From: Candidatus Norongarragalina meridionalis
Lineage (GTDB): Archaea; Micrarchaeota; Micrarchaeia; Norongarragalinales; Norongarragalinaceae
NCBI GenBank assembly: GCA_902384935.1
Contig: CABMDO010000009.1
Location: 3,152 to 67,151, forward strand
Direction: 5' to 3'
Length of the DNA: 64,000 nt
Shown piece by piece: positions 18,204-26,989 of the stretch (positions are counted from its first letter, which is position 1; every line of letters starts with the position of its first letter). The notes beneath the pieces are model-generated. The model saw only the letters and a program-made list of their open reading frames with translations. It had not been told where the DNA came from and did no database searches. The translations under genes were made by a program, and so were the position numbers.

Positions 18204-19520
18204 TTAGGAAAGCCGCTTCTTCGCCAGCTCGATTATGGCGTTCATGACGCTTTCCGAGAACTCCGCCTTGAAGCGCGCCGACGCCGCACGCTCGTGCCCC
18301 CCGCCGCTTTCAACCGCGTGGGGCATCTCCGCCTTCAGCTCGGCGATGAGCTCGTTCGCCTTGAAGCCCCGTTCGTGGGCTTGTTCCGAAACGCGGAAAA
18401 GGGCGTTGGAATCATCATAGCCGACGGACACCAACGCCTTTCCTTCCTCATGTTTTCGTTGGAAGGCATTGATGACTTTCCCCTTCGACGGGTAGGCGCC
18501 CTTGCGGAGGAAATCTAGGCGGAAAAGAGCCATGGAAACGCCGTCCGCTATCTTCACCTCGCGCGCATTAATTTCCGCCGCCTTCAGCGCGTTCTCCACT
18601 GCCGTCAGCGCCTTCCTGTGGGTAAACATGACGGAAGGCGGCGAGGAGAGAAGACGGCGGTAATCGTCGAGCGTGGAATGCTTCTCGGAAATGGCGAGGT
18701 AGTCGATTACGACGGGTTCCTTGTCCTCGACCGTTCCGCGGAACTCGCTGTGGTCCGACTGGAGGGACCAGCGAGCGAGGCGTTCGTCCGCGGGGCCGAA
18801 ACAGGAAGCAACCTCGAAGGAGAGAAGCCCGGCTGTGTGGGAAGAACCTCCGCCTTCAACGGTAAAGGGGGAAAGGAAAAAATCGACTACGCCCTTTGCT
18901 TCCGAAGAAGGGGGATGATGATCGATTATCAGAATCTGGAAACCGCTTTGCTTGAGATTCTTGACGGCGTGCATGCTTTCGCCGTTGGCTCCGTGGTCCA
19001 GAAGGATGAGAAGCGGTTTCTTCGGGAAGGCGAGGCTTTCGTCTGCGTCCTGCCTGGCGGCGTAATCATCGTATATCGCCGAGTCTGCTTGCTTCTTGAC
19101 GAACATTCCTCTGGTGTAAGGGATTCGGTTCTGCTTGATGAAATTGGTGATGGCGGTGTCGAGCAACAGGGCGCTCGAAACTCCGTCGCAGTCGTCGTGC
19201 CAGCGCATGATTATCGGCGTCATGTCGAGGAGCGCCTTTTTTATGAAGGTGGCGCAGCTAGCGAAGGGAAGGGAATGCATGCAGGCGTCGTCGACGAGGA
19301 GGCGGGGGCTAGGGGATACTGACTTGGAAGTAATGAGAGCGGCAATGGCTTTTTCTGCTGGGGCTGCTTCCGCCCCCGAAAGAACGCGCGCATTACTCCC
19401 CATCTCGACCACATCGCCAATTTTCGCCCCCTCGAAAGCCGACATGATTATGCCCGCCTCGCACAGCACGTAGTGCGACTTGGGATGGCTGAGCGTTTCG
19501 TAGACGATTTTTCCGAACAT
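18204..19520 (-). CDS. DHH/DHHA1 family phosphoesterase (RecJ/HAN-like)
   Basis: HDDCDG, LLDHG, IIDHH, GGGHERAAS. Real start is likely MFGKIV at 19520. Confidence 0.85.
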   Translation of the reverse strand: MFGKIVYETLSHPKSHYVLCEAGIIMSAFEGAKIGDVVEMGSNARVLSGAEAAPAEKAIAALITSKSVSPSPRLLVDDACMHSLPFASCATFIKKALLDMTPIIMRWHDDCDGVSSALLLDTAITNFIKQNRIPYTRGMFVKKQADSAIYDDYAARQDADESLAFPKKPLLILLDHGANGESMHAVKNLKQSGFQILIIDHHPPSSEAKGVVDFFLSPFTVEGGGSSHTAGLLSFEVASCFGPADERLARWSLQSDHSEFRGTVEDKEPVVIDYLAISEKHSTLDDYRRLLSSPPSVMFTHRKALTAVENALKAAEINAREVKIADGVSMALFRLDFLRKGAYPSKGKVINAFQRKHEEGKALVSVGYDDSNALFRVSEQAHERGFKANELIAELKAEMPHAVESGGGHERAASARFKAEFSESVMNAIIELAKKRLS

Positions 19521-19571
19521 CAGGGAAATAGGGGAAGACAGGTTTTTAAGGACTGGCGGGGTTACCAAAAC

Positions 19572-20021
19572 ATGGATGCGCTGAAGGCACTTACCGTCCT
19601 GAGCCTGTTCGTTTTCCTGGGCGCGTTCGCTGTTTCGTACTACACGCAGCCCGAAGGCGCGACGCCGTTCAGCCCGCCCTACGCCTACCAACCCGCCGAT
19701 TTCTGGAGCATCGTGAACTCGTTCTTCTTCGTCTTGATTGGTTCGGCGCTGTTCTTCGGATTCAGCGCGCCCTTGGTGCTCGGAATCGAGGGATGGAAAT
19801 ACGGCTCGCTGTTCGCGGCGAAGGCGATTCCGTCCTTCGACTTGCTGTTTATTTTGCCGCAATTCGTGGCTGCGTTCGCCGCCATACTCATCGGCCAGGG
19901 CATGATAAAGGACTACGAGGGAAGCGGCGTTTTGTACGAGCATTGGCGGAGGGGCGTGAAGTATCTGCTGGCGGCGCTTTTCCTGTTCGGCTTGCTGCTC
20001 ATAGTCAGGAGGATGTTCTGA
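19572..20021 (+). CDS. Membrane protein, SpoIIM-like; first gene of the small-membrane-protein cluster
   Basis: About 4 hydrophobic segments. IVNS...LFFG and LPQF..AFAAIL.G pattern. Confidence 0.65.
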   Translation: MDALKALTVLSLFVFLGAFAVSYYTQPEGATPFSPPYAYQPADFWSIVNSFFFVLIGSALFFGFSAPLVLGIEGWKYGSLFAAKAIPSFDLLFILPQFVAAFAAILIGQGMIKDYEGSGVLYEHWRRGVKYLLAALFLFGLLLIVRRMF

Positions 20022-20497
20022 TGCTGGCGGCGCTCCTGTTCTTCGACGAGGTGTTCAGCACGCTCGGGGAGCTGGACTTCGTAGTTCGCGTCATGGTGTT
20101 CTCGTACATGCTTTTCTGGCTGTACATGACGTTCAAGGACGCCCAGCTTCTTTTCGGAATAGCGACCATCGTAGTGGGATACCTGATATTCGTGCACGGC
20201 GTTTCCGTCACCATCGTCGTGGTGCTCTGGCTCATCTTCTTCCTGCTCGGCAGCCAGCTGCAGATGCTCATGCTTTTCGGAGTCCTGCCCTTGCTAGGAT
20301 ATCAGCAGGCAGGCGGAAAATACGTGAAGGAAAGCGAGCTGATGGGCGGAGGGGGAGGAGCGGCGCAGGAGCTGGAAGCGAAGGTAAAATCAGGGCAAGC
20401 CAGCCAGCAGGAGCAGCAGGCGCTGCAGGAGATGTACGCCCAGGAGCAGATGCAACAGCAGCAGATGCAGCGCGGGCGCATGAGAGCGGGAATGTAA
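20021..20497 (+). CDS. Small membrane protein with a Gln/Gly-rich C-terminal tail
   Basis: TGATG overlap, GGAGG ribosome-binding site, 3-4 TM segments, tail QQEQQALQEMYAQEQMQQQQ. Confidence 0.75.
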   Translation: MLAALLFFDEVFSTLGELDFVVRVMVFSYMLFWLYMTFKDAQLLFGIATIVVGYLIFVHGVSVTIVVVLWLIFFLLGSQLQMLMLFGVLPLLGYQQAGGKYVKESELMGGGGGAAQELEAKVKSGQASQQEQQALQEMYAQEQMQQQQMQRGRMRAGM

Positions 20498-20498
20498 T

Positions 20499-20789
20499 AT
20501 GGCGATTTTCGAGGACATCGTCACGTGGGCTACGTACCTGTGGTGGCTCTGGCTGTTCATAGTGGGCTGGTGGTATTACAACTGGAGCAAGGAGCACCTG
20601 GCGTTCTCGCCCACGCTTACGCTCGTGGTGGGCGGCATTCTCGTTTATTTCCTGGTAATAGAGCATCCCATCATAGGAAGCGCGGGCATGCTGTTCTGGG
20701 TAATACTGATGTCCGGCGTACTGTACCTGCTGCCGATGGTCGGCGCGCTGTTCCACACCGTTCTGCCGAGAAAGCCTCCGGGGAGATGA
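20499..20789 (+). CDS. Small membrane protein (about 3 TM)
   Basis: 96 aa, hydrophobic, Trp-rich. 1-nt gap to the previous gene. Confidence 0.75.
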   Translation: MAIFEDIVTWATYLWWLWLFIVGWWYYNWSKEHLAFSPTLTLVVGGILVYFLVIEHPIIGSAGMLFWVILMSGVLYLLPMVGALFHTVLPRKPPGR

Positions 20790-20795
20790 ACTGAG

Positions 20796-21173
20796 ATGAT
20801 CGAAAAACTGAAGAAGTATTTCAGGTATTACGCCGACACGAGGACTAGCGTCGCCGAAGCGACGAGCTGGAAGTGGCGGGTTATCGTGATTCTGCTCGCG
20901 GGCATCGGCATGGCGTCCGTCTACGACTACCTCATGGACAAATACACGCGGCTCGTGAACGTGGAAGGCATCGCGCCGTTCATCCTGTCGGAAAAACTCT
21001 TTTATTGGTTCATGACGGGAGTGCTCTTCGGGATAATAACGCTCGACGTCATGTACGAGGCCGAGTTTTTCGTGGTGCTGCGCAGGACGGTCAAATCCGC
21101 CGAAAAAGAGGCGAACGCGCGCGTCAAGGCGCTCGTAGGCAGCGGGAAGAAGGCTGGGAAAAAGAGGGTTTAA
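20796..21173 (+). CDS. Small membrane protein (2 TM, basic tail)
   Basis: 125 aa, two hydrophobic stretches, Lys-rich C-terminus. Confidence 0.75.
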   Translation: MIEKLKKYFRYYADTRTSVAEATSWKWRVIVILLAGIGMASVYDYLMDKYTRLVNVEGIAPFILSEKLFYWFMTGVLFGIITLDVMYEAEFFVVLRRTVKSAEKEANARVKALVGSGKKAGKKRV

Positions 21174-21198
21174 ATTAGGCGGCGCGACAAGACATATT

Positions 21199-21444
21199 AT
21201 GTATCCCACGTTCCTGCTGGAGGATTTCGGCGACGCGTTCGGGGTATTCGCCCTGATTATGATATGCCTGATGCTCTACCGCGTGATTTATCCCGAGCTC
21301 GTGGGCACGCCGTTCCTCGCCATCATCATAGTGGGCATAATCGCCTTCACTCTCCTGATACCGTTCGTCTGGTTCCGCTACCTGATGTTCGTGACGCTCG
21401 TTATGAGCGGAATATTCTGGACGTTCAAGCCGCATAGGTGGTGA
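21199..21444 (+). CDS. Small membrane protein (about 3 TM)
   Basis: 81 aa, almost entirely hydrophobic. Confidence 0.7.
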   Translation: MYPTFLLEDFGDAFGVFALIMICLMLYRVIYPELVGTPFLAIIIVGIIAFTLLIPFVWFRYLMFVTLVMSGIFWTFKPHRW

Positions 21445-21448
21445 GCGA

Positions 21449-21808
21449 GTGAATTTCCTCCTCCTACTGGCGCTCGCCGCAATCGCATTCTGGGCGATGC
21501 AGGAAGGCATGATTTTCATCGCGTTCATCGTGCTGATTGTCGCCGTAATAGGCCTGCTCGCAGGCGCGGGAAAGGGCGAAGTCGTTTCGGGAGTTCCCGG
21601 AGAAGCCGCGGCGGCGCAACAGTACGCGCAGGAGATTCCCGACACCTTCCGCATAAAGGTGAAGAGCCCGTGGGCGGATACGTTCATAGTCGAGGATTGG
21701 AGCTCCTATACCGGCGAAATCATGGACACCGTAGGAGGCACGCTGTTCCGCCTGTTCGGAGGAAAAACCAAGAGACGGCCGCCTGTGCCGTACAAGCCGG
21801 GGCACTGA
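21449..21808 (+). CDS. Small membrane protein (paralog of 22100-22438)
   Basis: N-terminal TM hairpin with AMQEG. C-terminal IKVKSPW...VED...GEIMDTVG..LFRLF.GK. Confidence 0.75.
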   Translation: MNFLLLLALAAIAFWAMQEGMIFIAFIVLIVAVIGLLAGAGKGEVVSGVPGEAAAAQQYAQEIPDTFRIKVKSPWADTFIVEDWSSYTGEIMDTVGGTLFRLFGGKTKRRPPVPYKPGH

Positions 21809-21809
21809 A

Positions 21810-22103
21810 ATGGACTACACTTTCCTGTTCCTGGTAATCCTGATGCTGTTCGCGGTAAAGAGCGGCGTGGAATACATCGCGGTTGGAATCTTCGTTTTGC
21901 TGCTTTTCACTTCCAAGAGCAAATACCTTCTCGCCGCCGCGGTCGTAGGCGGCGGAATCGCGCTGCTCTGGTATTCGGGCGTCAATCTCGGCGATTACGG
22001 GATGATTGTCACCGTAGGCGGACTGTTCCTCGTTCTTCTGCTCATCGCCAAGAAGGAAAGCGACCAGCCGCAGGGATACGGCGGGGGAGGGATGTTCGGA
22101 TGA
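21810..22103 (+). CDS. Small membrane protein (about 4 short TM)
   Basis: 97 aa, hydrophobic. GVEYIAVG resembles GIEWLYVA of the 22439 ORF. Confidence 0.75.
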   Translation: MDYTFLFLVILMLFAVKSGVEYIAVGIFVLLLFTSKSKYLLAAAVVGGGIALLWYSGVNLGDYGMIVTVGGLFLVLLLIAKKESDQPQGYGGGGMFG

Positions 22104-22438
22104 TGAACGTCCTTCTCATGCTCGTTCTTCTCGCCGCGGCGTTCATGCTCATGCAGGAAGGCTTGGTTACGTACGCGTTCCTCTGCCTCATCGTCATCGT
22201 AATCATGGCGATGTCAGGCGGCGGTTCTTCCGCAAGAGGCGGCGGAGCGCAGCAGGCCGCAGGGCGGCCGCCCGCCATTCCCAAGAACATGTACATGAAG
22301 GTAAAAACCAACTGGAAGGAGAACCCGTGGGTGGAGGATCAGGGCGCCAAAGTCGGAAACATGCTCGACGTCATGGGCCGCTCGTTCTTCAGGATGTTCA
22401 CGGGAAAGAGAGAGGCTGGCGACGAAGAGGACGATTAG
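22100..22438 (+). CDS. Small membrane protein (paralog of 21449-21808)
   Basis: LMQEG hairpin. C-terminal MKVKTNW...VED...GNMLDVMG..FFRMF.GK. Confidence 0.75.
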   Translation: MMNVLLMLVLLAAAFMLMQEGLVTYAFLCLIVIVIMAMSGGGSSARGGGAQQAAGRPPAIPKNMYMKVKTNWKENPWVEDQGAKVGNMLDVMGRSFFRMFTGKREAGDEEDD

Positions 22439-22858
22439 ATGCGCGTCACGACGCTCCTGCTTTTGATCGCAACCGCGGCTGCGTTCGTATTCGGAATCGA
22501 GTGGCTGTACGTTGCGCTCGGGTTGATTCTTCTGGTTCTTCTTTTGGCTGAGGCGAGCGCGCCGAGGATTCCAGACGAGGCTCCCGCACCGCCCGTCGGC
22601 GGGCCTTCCCCCGACCAGCGCGCCCAGGCAAGCGCCTATTCCGCCGGGCAGTCGTTCGTGCTCGGACTCATGAGGGGAGAGATAAGCCACGCTGTTGGCA
22701 GGGCTTCGAGCGAAGAGCTGAACGCGGAAATGTCCAGGACAATAGGCGGGGTTTCTAAGAAGCTTTCGAAGAAAATCGACAAGCTCGAGGCGAAAATAGA
22801 CAAGCTCGAAGCGGACGGAAAGAAACCCAGATTCAGGCGCCATCTGGACGACGATTGA
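22439..22858 (+). CDS. Small membrane protein with a Pro-rich linker and coiled-coil tail
   Basis: N-terminal TM hairpin. KIDKLEA repeated twice. Confidence 0.75.
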   Translation: MRVTTLLLLIATAAAFVFGIEWLYVALGLILLVLLLAEASAPRIPDEAPAPPVGGPSPDQRAQASAYSAGQSFVLGLMRGEISHAVGRASSEELNAEMSRTIGGVSKKLSKKIDKLEAKIDKLEADGKKPRFRRHLDDD

Positions 22859-22880
22859 CGTTTCGGAAACCCTTATATAT

Positions 22881-22901
22881 TGTTACTACCTAATAGTAAC
22901 A
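22881..22901 (+). promoter_or_regulatory. Palindromic operator just downstream of a TATA box
   Basis: tgttacta-cctaa-tagtaaca is a perfect 8-bp inverted repeat between ttatatat and the ATG at 22903. Confidence 0.6.
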
Positions 22902-22902
22902 T

Positions 22903-23250
22903 ATGAAACTGCAGCTGTTTGAACAAACAGGAGCGGACGCCCCGGTTCATTACAAGCTGCGCTTCGGCTCCGTACGCGGGGACGCCGGCGTGGCTTTGCT
23001 CCTGCTCATAGCGGTGTTCTTCACGGGCGCGTTCGTAGGCGCCTGGCTGCCCGAAGGGTTGCTCGGCATGGCGTCCATGCTTGTTTCCGTACCGTTCGGC
23101 CTGTTCGCCGCGCTGAGCATGAACTACGCAATGCTTGCGCCTTTGCTCCTGCTCGCTTTCCTCTTTTACTTCGGCAGGCTGCGCGGCGTCATAGGCGGCG
23201 GGCTTACCGCCTTCGCAATCATAGCGTTCTTCGCCGTGCTCGCGGCTTGA
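22903..23250 (+). CDS. Small membrane protein
   Basis: 115 aa, about 4 TM, own TATA box. Confidence 0.7.
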   Translation: MKLQLFEQTGADAPVHYKLRFGSVRGDAGVALLLLIAVFFTGAFVGAWLPEGLLGMASMLVSVPFGLFAALSMNYAMLAPLLLLAFLFYFGRLRGVIGGGLTAFAIIAFFAVLAA

Positions 23251-23321
23251 TTTGCTCGGCGCGCCCTTCAAAAGCAATGTATTTAAATATTAACTACCAA
23301 ACAGTAGTGTTAGTGATTTGA

Positions 23322-23648
23322 TTGGGTAGCTCCTTCGCTTTCTGGTATCCGCCGGGAAACGACACAGCCGACATGGCGCTACTGCTGATAATCTTCGTTT
23401 TCATGCTTTCCGCGTTCGGAGGATTCGGATACGGCGACAACCCCCTGGTGTGGGGTTCCGCGGTGTTCATAGGAGTCATATTCGGAGCGATAAACGCCGC
23501 CGCAGCGAGCGGCGCGGCAATCATACTCGTCCCGCTCGTGCTCGTGGTTATGTTCAAGGGCTACATGCCCAGCCTCGGCTCTTTCGTGGGCGAGGGATTG
23601 CTGGCGTTCTTCGTAATAGCCTTCTTCATAATGCTCGCGGGAATCTGA
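23322..23648 (+). CDS. Small membrane protein
   Basis: About 108 aa, about 4 TM. TATA tttaaata at 23282. Start codon uncertain. Confidence 0.7.
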   Translation: MGSSFAFWYPPGNDTADMALLLIIFVFMLSAFGGFGYGDNPLVWGSAVFIGVIFGAINAAAASGAAIILVPLVLVVMFKGYMPSLGSFVGEGLLAFFVIAFFIMLAGI

Positions 23649-24188
23649 CTACCTGCGGATTTCCTTCATAACCAGTTGCACGAGTTCCCGCGGGTTCTTC
23701 GAGTAAACGACGCGGTACTCGCGGTTTGATTTCAGTTTTTTTAGCAGGCTCCGCAGCGCGTCCGCTATTCCGCCAGTACCGAGCAGGACGCCCAGAATCC
23801 TGCCCTCGTCCAGGGCGATTGTCACCTCGTTAAGGGTGCCTACGCCGCCGCCGATGATTATGACCGCGTCGGCGCTCCGAACCGCGACGACGTTCCTGCC
23901 CTTCAAGCCGAAGCCGGTGTAAGCGACGAAATCAAAGGCATCAGTAGGGCAGTGGTGCATTTCCAGGTGCCGCAGCTTGTCGGAAGCGCCGGAGACCCCC
24001 ACGGTTAAACCGCCGCTCTCTTTCGCGCCGCTCACGGCTTCAAAGGGCAGTCCGCCGCATGCTCCGGTAAGAAGTATCGCGTTGTTTTCCGCTACGGCCC
24101 TGCCGACTTCGCGCGCCTTCGTGTCGCTGCCCTTTTTGATTTCGCCTTTTACCGAGCCGCAAACCGCGATGACGGGTTTTCCTTTCAT
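23649..24188 (-). CDS. LOG/TIGR00725 family Rossmann-fold nucleotide-binding protein
   Basis: LTGACGG, RN......DAVIIIGGGVGTLNE. Confidence 0.88.
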   Translation of the reverse strand: MKGKPVIAVCGSVKGEIKKGSDTKAREVGRAVAENNAILLTGACGGLPFEAVSGAKESGGLTVGVSGASDKLRHLEMHHCPTDAFDFVAYTGFGLKGRNVVAVRSADAVIIIGGGVGTLNEVTIALDEGRILGVLLGTGGIADALRSLLKKLKSNREYRVVYSKNPRELVQLVMKEIRR

Positions 24189-24553
24189 TTCTTCAGCCGC
24201 AGCAGGATTTCCTGATTGGTCTGCAGAACCTTCTTTTCTATATCCTGCAGCGCCCTGAGCAGCGCTATGGCGTCGTCGAGTTTCTGCTCGAGCTTCGGGG
24301 ATACGGAGGAGGAGGATTGGAACAGGGGAGTGCCGTCGTTGCTTTTCTGAATCATCGAGGCGACCGATATTTCCTTTTCATCGCCTTCCGCGCCTACCGA
24401 GGTCATGCTGAACCCCGGAGAACGGTCGTCGCCCGGTTTTGCGCCCATTGCTTCGTCGGCGCCCGCCACCCCGAGCTCCTTGAGATTCTTGCGGATTTCG
24501 TCGTCCGACATCCCGCGCTCGCGCATTTTCTGAATGATGAGTTTTATGTCCAT
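24185..24553 (-). CDS. Hypothetical protein (N-terminal helical motif, C-terminal coiled coil)
   Basis: MRERGMSDDEIRKNLKELG ... LEQKLDDAIALLRALQDIEKKVL. Confidence 0.7.
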   Translation of the reverse strand: MDIKLIIQKMRERGMSDDEIRKNLKELGVAGADEAMGAKPGDDRSPGFSMTSVGAEGDEKEISVASMIQKSNDGTPLFQSSSSVSPKLEQKLDDAIALLRALQDIEKKVLQTNQEILLRLKK

Positions 24554-24613
24554 AGTCACACCCGAAGAGCGTAACGCGGGAACATATAAATAGGTTTTTT
24601 CCGTTAGGCATCC

Positions 24614-25954
24614 GTGGATTTCCCGAACGGTCCATGGAACAAGATAGCGGTAGCCCAGTGGGCGGGGCACGCGGTTACGATTTACCAGAATTCCGAAAAA
24701 ATACTGCTCATGCTCGTGTTCGACGAAGCCGAGGACAAGAGCGTGAAGGGATTGCTAGTGCTCATGAAGAAGCCCTTCCTCGTAGAAGGCAACCCCGACG
24801 CCTTTGCCGAGGCGCAGAGCAGAAGCCTAGTCGTAGTGCAGAAGGTTTCGCGCGAGGCGAAGCACACCTTTTTGCTCGTCGAGGCAACGCCGGTATACAC
24901 CGAGTACTCGCAGGCGAAGCTTTTCGACGCGGTTCGGAACGGGTGCGACGAGCTGGAAGCGCTCGGAAAAGTCGTCGCGGACATAGCGTCGGTGCACGGA
25001 ACTAAAGCGACGGAACTGCGCAGGGTGCCGCCTGAAATCGGCGACTCGCTTACGGGCGACCCGCTTCTGCTTTTCCTCATGCCGGCTTCGGGCGTAGGCG
25101 CGCCGCTTACGGAAGCCGCGAAAATGATGCTTCTCGGAACCGAATCCGACGGCAAACCCGTCGAAGTAAGCACGGTTCTGCTGAAGCGCGCCGCCATTGC
25201 GGGCAATCCGCAGAAACAGGCGCAGGCGCTTCAGGTTATGTGCGAAAACGCGCTGCTGACGGAAACGCCGTGCGTCATAATCGATTCCTACGGAACGCTC
25301 GGCGGAATGGGCGAGCGGAACGCGGAACCGGACGCGAAGCGCTTCGGCGAAACGAACAAGATGCCGCCGCGGGGATTCACGCTTTCGAAGATGGTGTTCG
25401 GCGCGGACTTTTCAATTGACCTTACCGCCATCAGCGCATCCGCGTTCGTGAAGGCCTTCGGGTTAACCGACGAAATAATGCAGGCGCTTCCCAACGTGAT
25501 GCCGCCTACGCTTCAGGACGCGGTTGAACAGGCGCACGGCGGGAAGGCGGTGCGCGCGATGCGCGTCCTGCAGAAGCAGTATTCCTCGCTTTTCGGACGC
25601 GCCGCAATAGCGCCTCCCGCAACGGGTGGGCTCTACGTGAATCTTTCGAAGCAATCCGATGAGGTTCGCATGCTTGCGATTATTTCTCTGCTGAATTCGC
25701 TCCGGAACGGAAGCGCGTTCGTAGCGTTGAACGAGGACCTTGCGGGAGCGGCAGACGAACTGAAGAGTGCGGTCACCGCCTTGGAAGGGCGCGGCTATTC
25801 CTACGCCTGCTGCGCATCCCACCCGTCCGACTTGGCGTTCGTCAAGGAACCCACCCTCTCGATAGAAGCAGTAGGCGAGGAAACAATCGCGACGATACAC
25901 GGCGAGAAAAGGCGCTTCATTCTCAGGCCCACGCTTTCGAAACGCTCAGCGTAA
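24614..25954 (+). CDS. Degenerate HerA/FtsK-like (DUF87-like) protein
   Basis: LLGTESDGKPVEV....L.RAAIAG......ALQVMCENALLTETPCVIIDSYGTLGGM mirrors the HerA core but lacks GxxGxGKT. Confidence 0.6.
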   Translation: MDFPNGPWNKIAVAQWAGHAVTIYQNSEKILLMLVFDEAEDKSVKGLLVLMKKPFLVEGNPDAFAEAQSRSLVVVQKVSREAKHTFLLVEATPVYTEYSQAKLFDAVRNGCDELEALGKVVADIASVHGTKATELRRVPPEIGDSLTGDPLLLFLMPASGVGAPLTEAAKMMLLGTESDGKPVEVSTVLLKRAAIAGNPQKQAQALQVMCENALLTETPCVIIDSYGTLGGMGERNAEPDAKRFGETNKMPPRGFTLSKMVFGADFSIDLTAISASAFVKAFGLTDEIMQALPNVMPPTLQDAVEQAHGGKAVRAMRVLQKQYSSLFGRAAIAPPATGGLYVNLSKQSDEVRMLAIISLLNSLRNGSAFVALNEDLAGAADELKSAVTALEGRGYSYACCASHPSDLAFVKEPTLSIEAVGEETIATIHGEKRRFILRPTLSKRSA

Positions 25955-26989
25955 GGCAGCCGCGACTTCTTTTACGTCCGCATCCGTCTTGATTCCGTTC
26001 GGGCAGTAATGCGTACGAACTGCTTTGAAACCCTTTGCGCGAAGCTTGTCCAGGACAGTCGCAACCGCCTTTCCCGGCAATCCGTAGCAGTCGCAAACCG
26101 CGTGCAAATCGAAGAAGTAAGGAGGAAAGCCGATTTCGCCGGAAAGCAAGCCGACGAGTTTCGCAACCCTCGCGTCGCCTTTTACTTTCGCGAGGAACTT
26201 CTTGTCGCACAAGTCGCTGAGATAAAGAGGACCGGCGACTTGCGTTTTAAAACCGCAGGCGCACTTCTCCCGCTTTCCCGTTACTCTCGCCGCGCACTTC
26301 GGGCAATACGAAACAAAGCCCAGCTTCGGCTTCTTCCCGCGCACGAAAAAGCCCTTTACGTAATGCCCCTGATAGAATACCAGAACGGGCTTGAAGCCGA
26401 AGGAGGAAACCTTGCCCGCGAATATTCTCGCCGCAAGCTCGTGGGAGAAATCGCAGCGGATGGGGTTCGCGGCGTAATCCTTCCTGCACTTTTCGGCGGA
26501 AACGCGCTTTCCCGCGCAAAGATTGGCGAGATCCGTACTCGTGACGGAAAGCATTCCGCCTTTTTTCACCGCTTTCGCCGCGCTTTCCAAAAACGGAACA
26601 GCCGAACCGAACGGATCGACTTCCACGAAGTCGAAACCCAGCGGATGCGAATCGAGAAAATCGTTGATGTCCGCCTCGACCGCCGAGACGTTCTTCAGTT
26701 TGTTTAGTTTGATGTTGGCGTTCGCGAAAACAAGCGCCGCGGGATTGGCATCGACGCATACCACTTTCCGCGCGCCGCCTTCCAATGCGTAGCGCATTCC
26801 CCTTGCCCCGAGGGCGCACATCCCGTCGCATACGCTCTTTGGAGCGAACGCGCGCATTACCGCTACGGAAACGGTGCGGTTGAACTCCATGTCGGGGTTG
26901 AAGAAAACCTCGCAGTGGTGCGGGTCGGAAAACGAGGCGGAGGGGACGCGCAGCTTGGCGGAGCCTTCGCAGCTGAGTTCGGTTTTCAT
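25946..26989 (-). CDS. trm1: tRNA (guanine26-N2)-dimethyltransferase
   Basis: VFFNPDMEFNR, GARGMRY, VDPFGS, VTSTDLA.L, AGPLY, RTHY...GIKTDA. Confidence 0.92.
   Translation of the reverse strand: MKTELSCEGSAKLRVPSASFSDPHHCEVFFNPDMEFNRTVSVAVMRAFAPKSVCDGMCALGARGMRYALEGGARKVVCVDANPAALVFANANIKLNKLKNVSAVEADINDFLDSHPLGFDFVEVDPFGSAVPFLESAAKAVKKGGMLSVTSTDLANLCAGKRVSAEKCRKDYAANPIRCDFSHELAARIFAGKVSSFGFKPVLVFYQGHYVKGFFVRGKKPKLGFVSYCPKCAARVTGKREKCACGFKTQVAGPLYLSDLCDKKFLAKVKGDARVAKLVGLLSGEIGFPPYFFDLHAVCDCYGLPGKAVATVLDKLRAKGFKAVRTHYCPNGIKTDADVKEVAAALR

Noticed and set aside
18204-19943. Long N-terminal extensions in the ORF track (DHH protein, Trm1, DP2, PadR, ABC genes)
   Set aside because: They overlap bona fide neighbouring genes. 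Downstream starts with ribosome-binding sites and expected domain boundaries fit better.
22773-22812. Tandem KIDKLEA-coding repeat as a CRISPR array or VNTR
   Set aside because: Only two imperfect 21-nt units inside a coiled-coil coding region. No CRISPR array or cas genes were seen anywhere in the window.
19572-23648. Type IV pilin or archaellin cluster
   Set aside because: No class III signal peptide (basic residues plus G/A cleavage site followed by a +5 Glu) was seen, and no assembly ATPase or TadC gene is adjacent.
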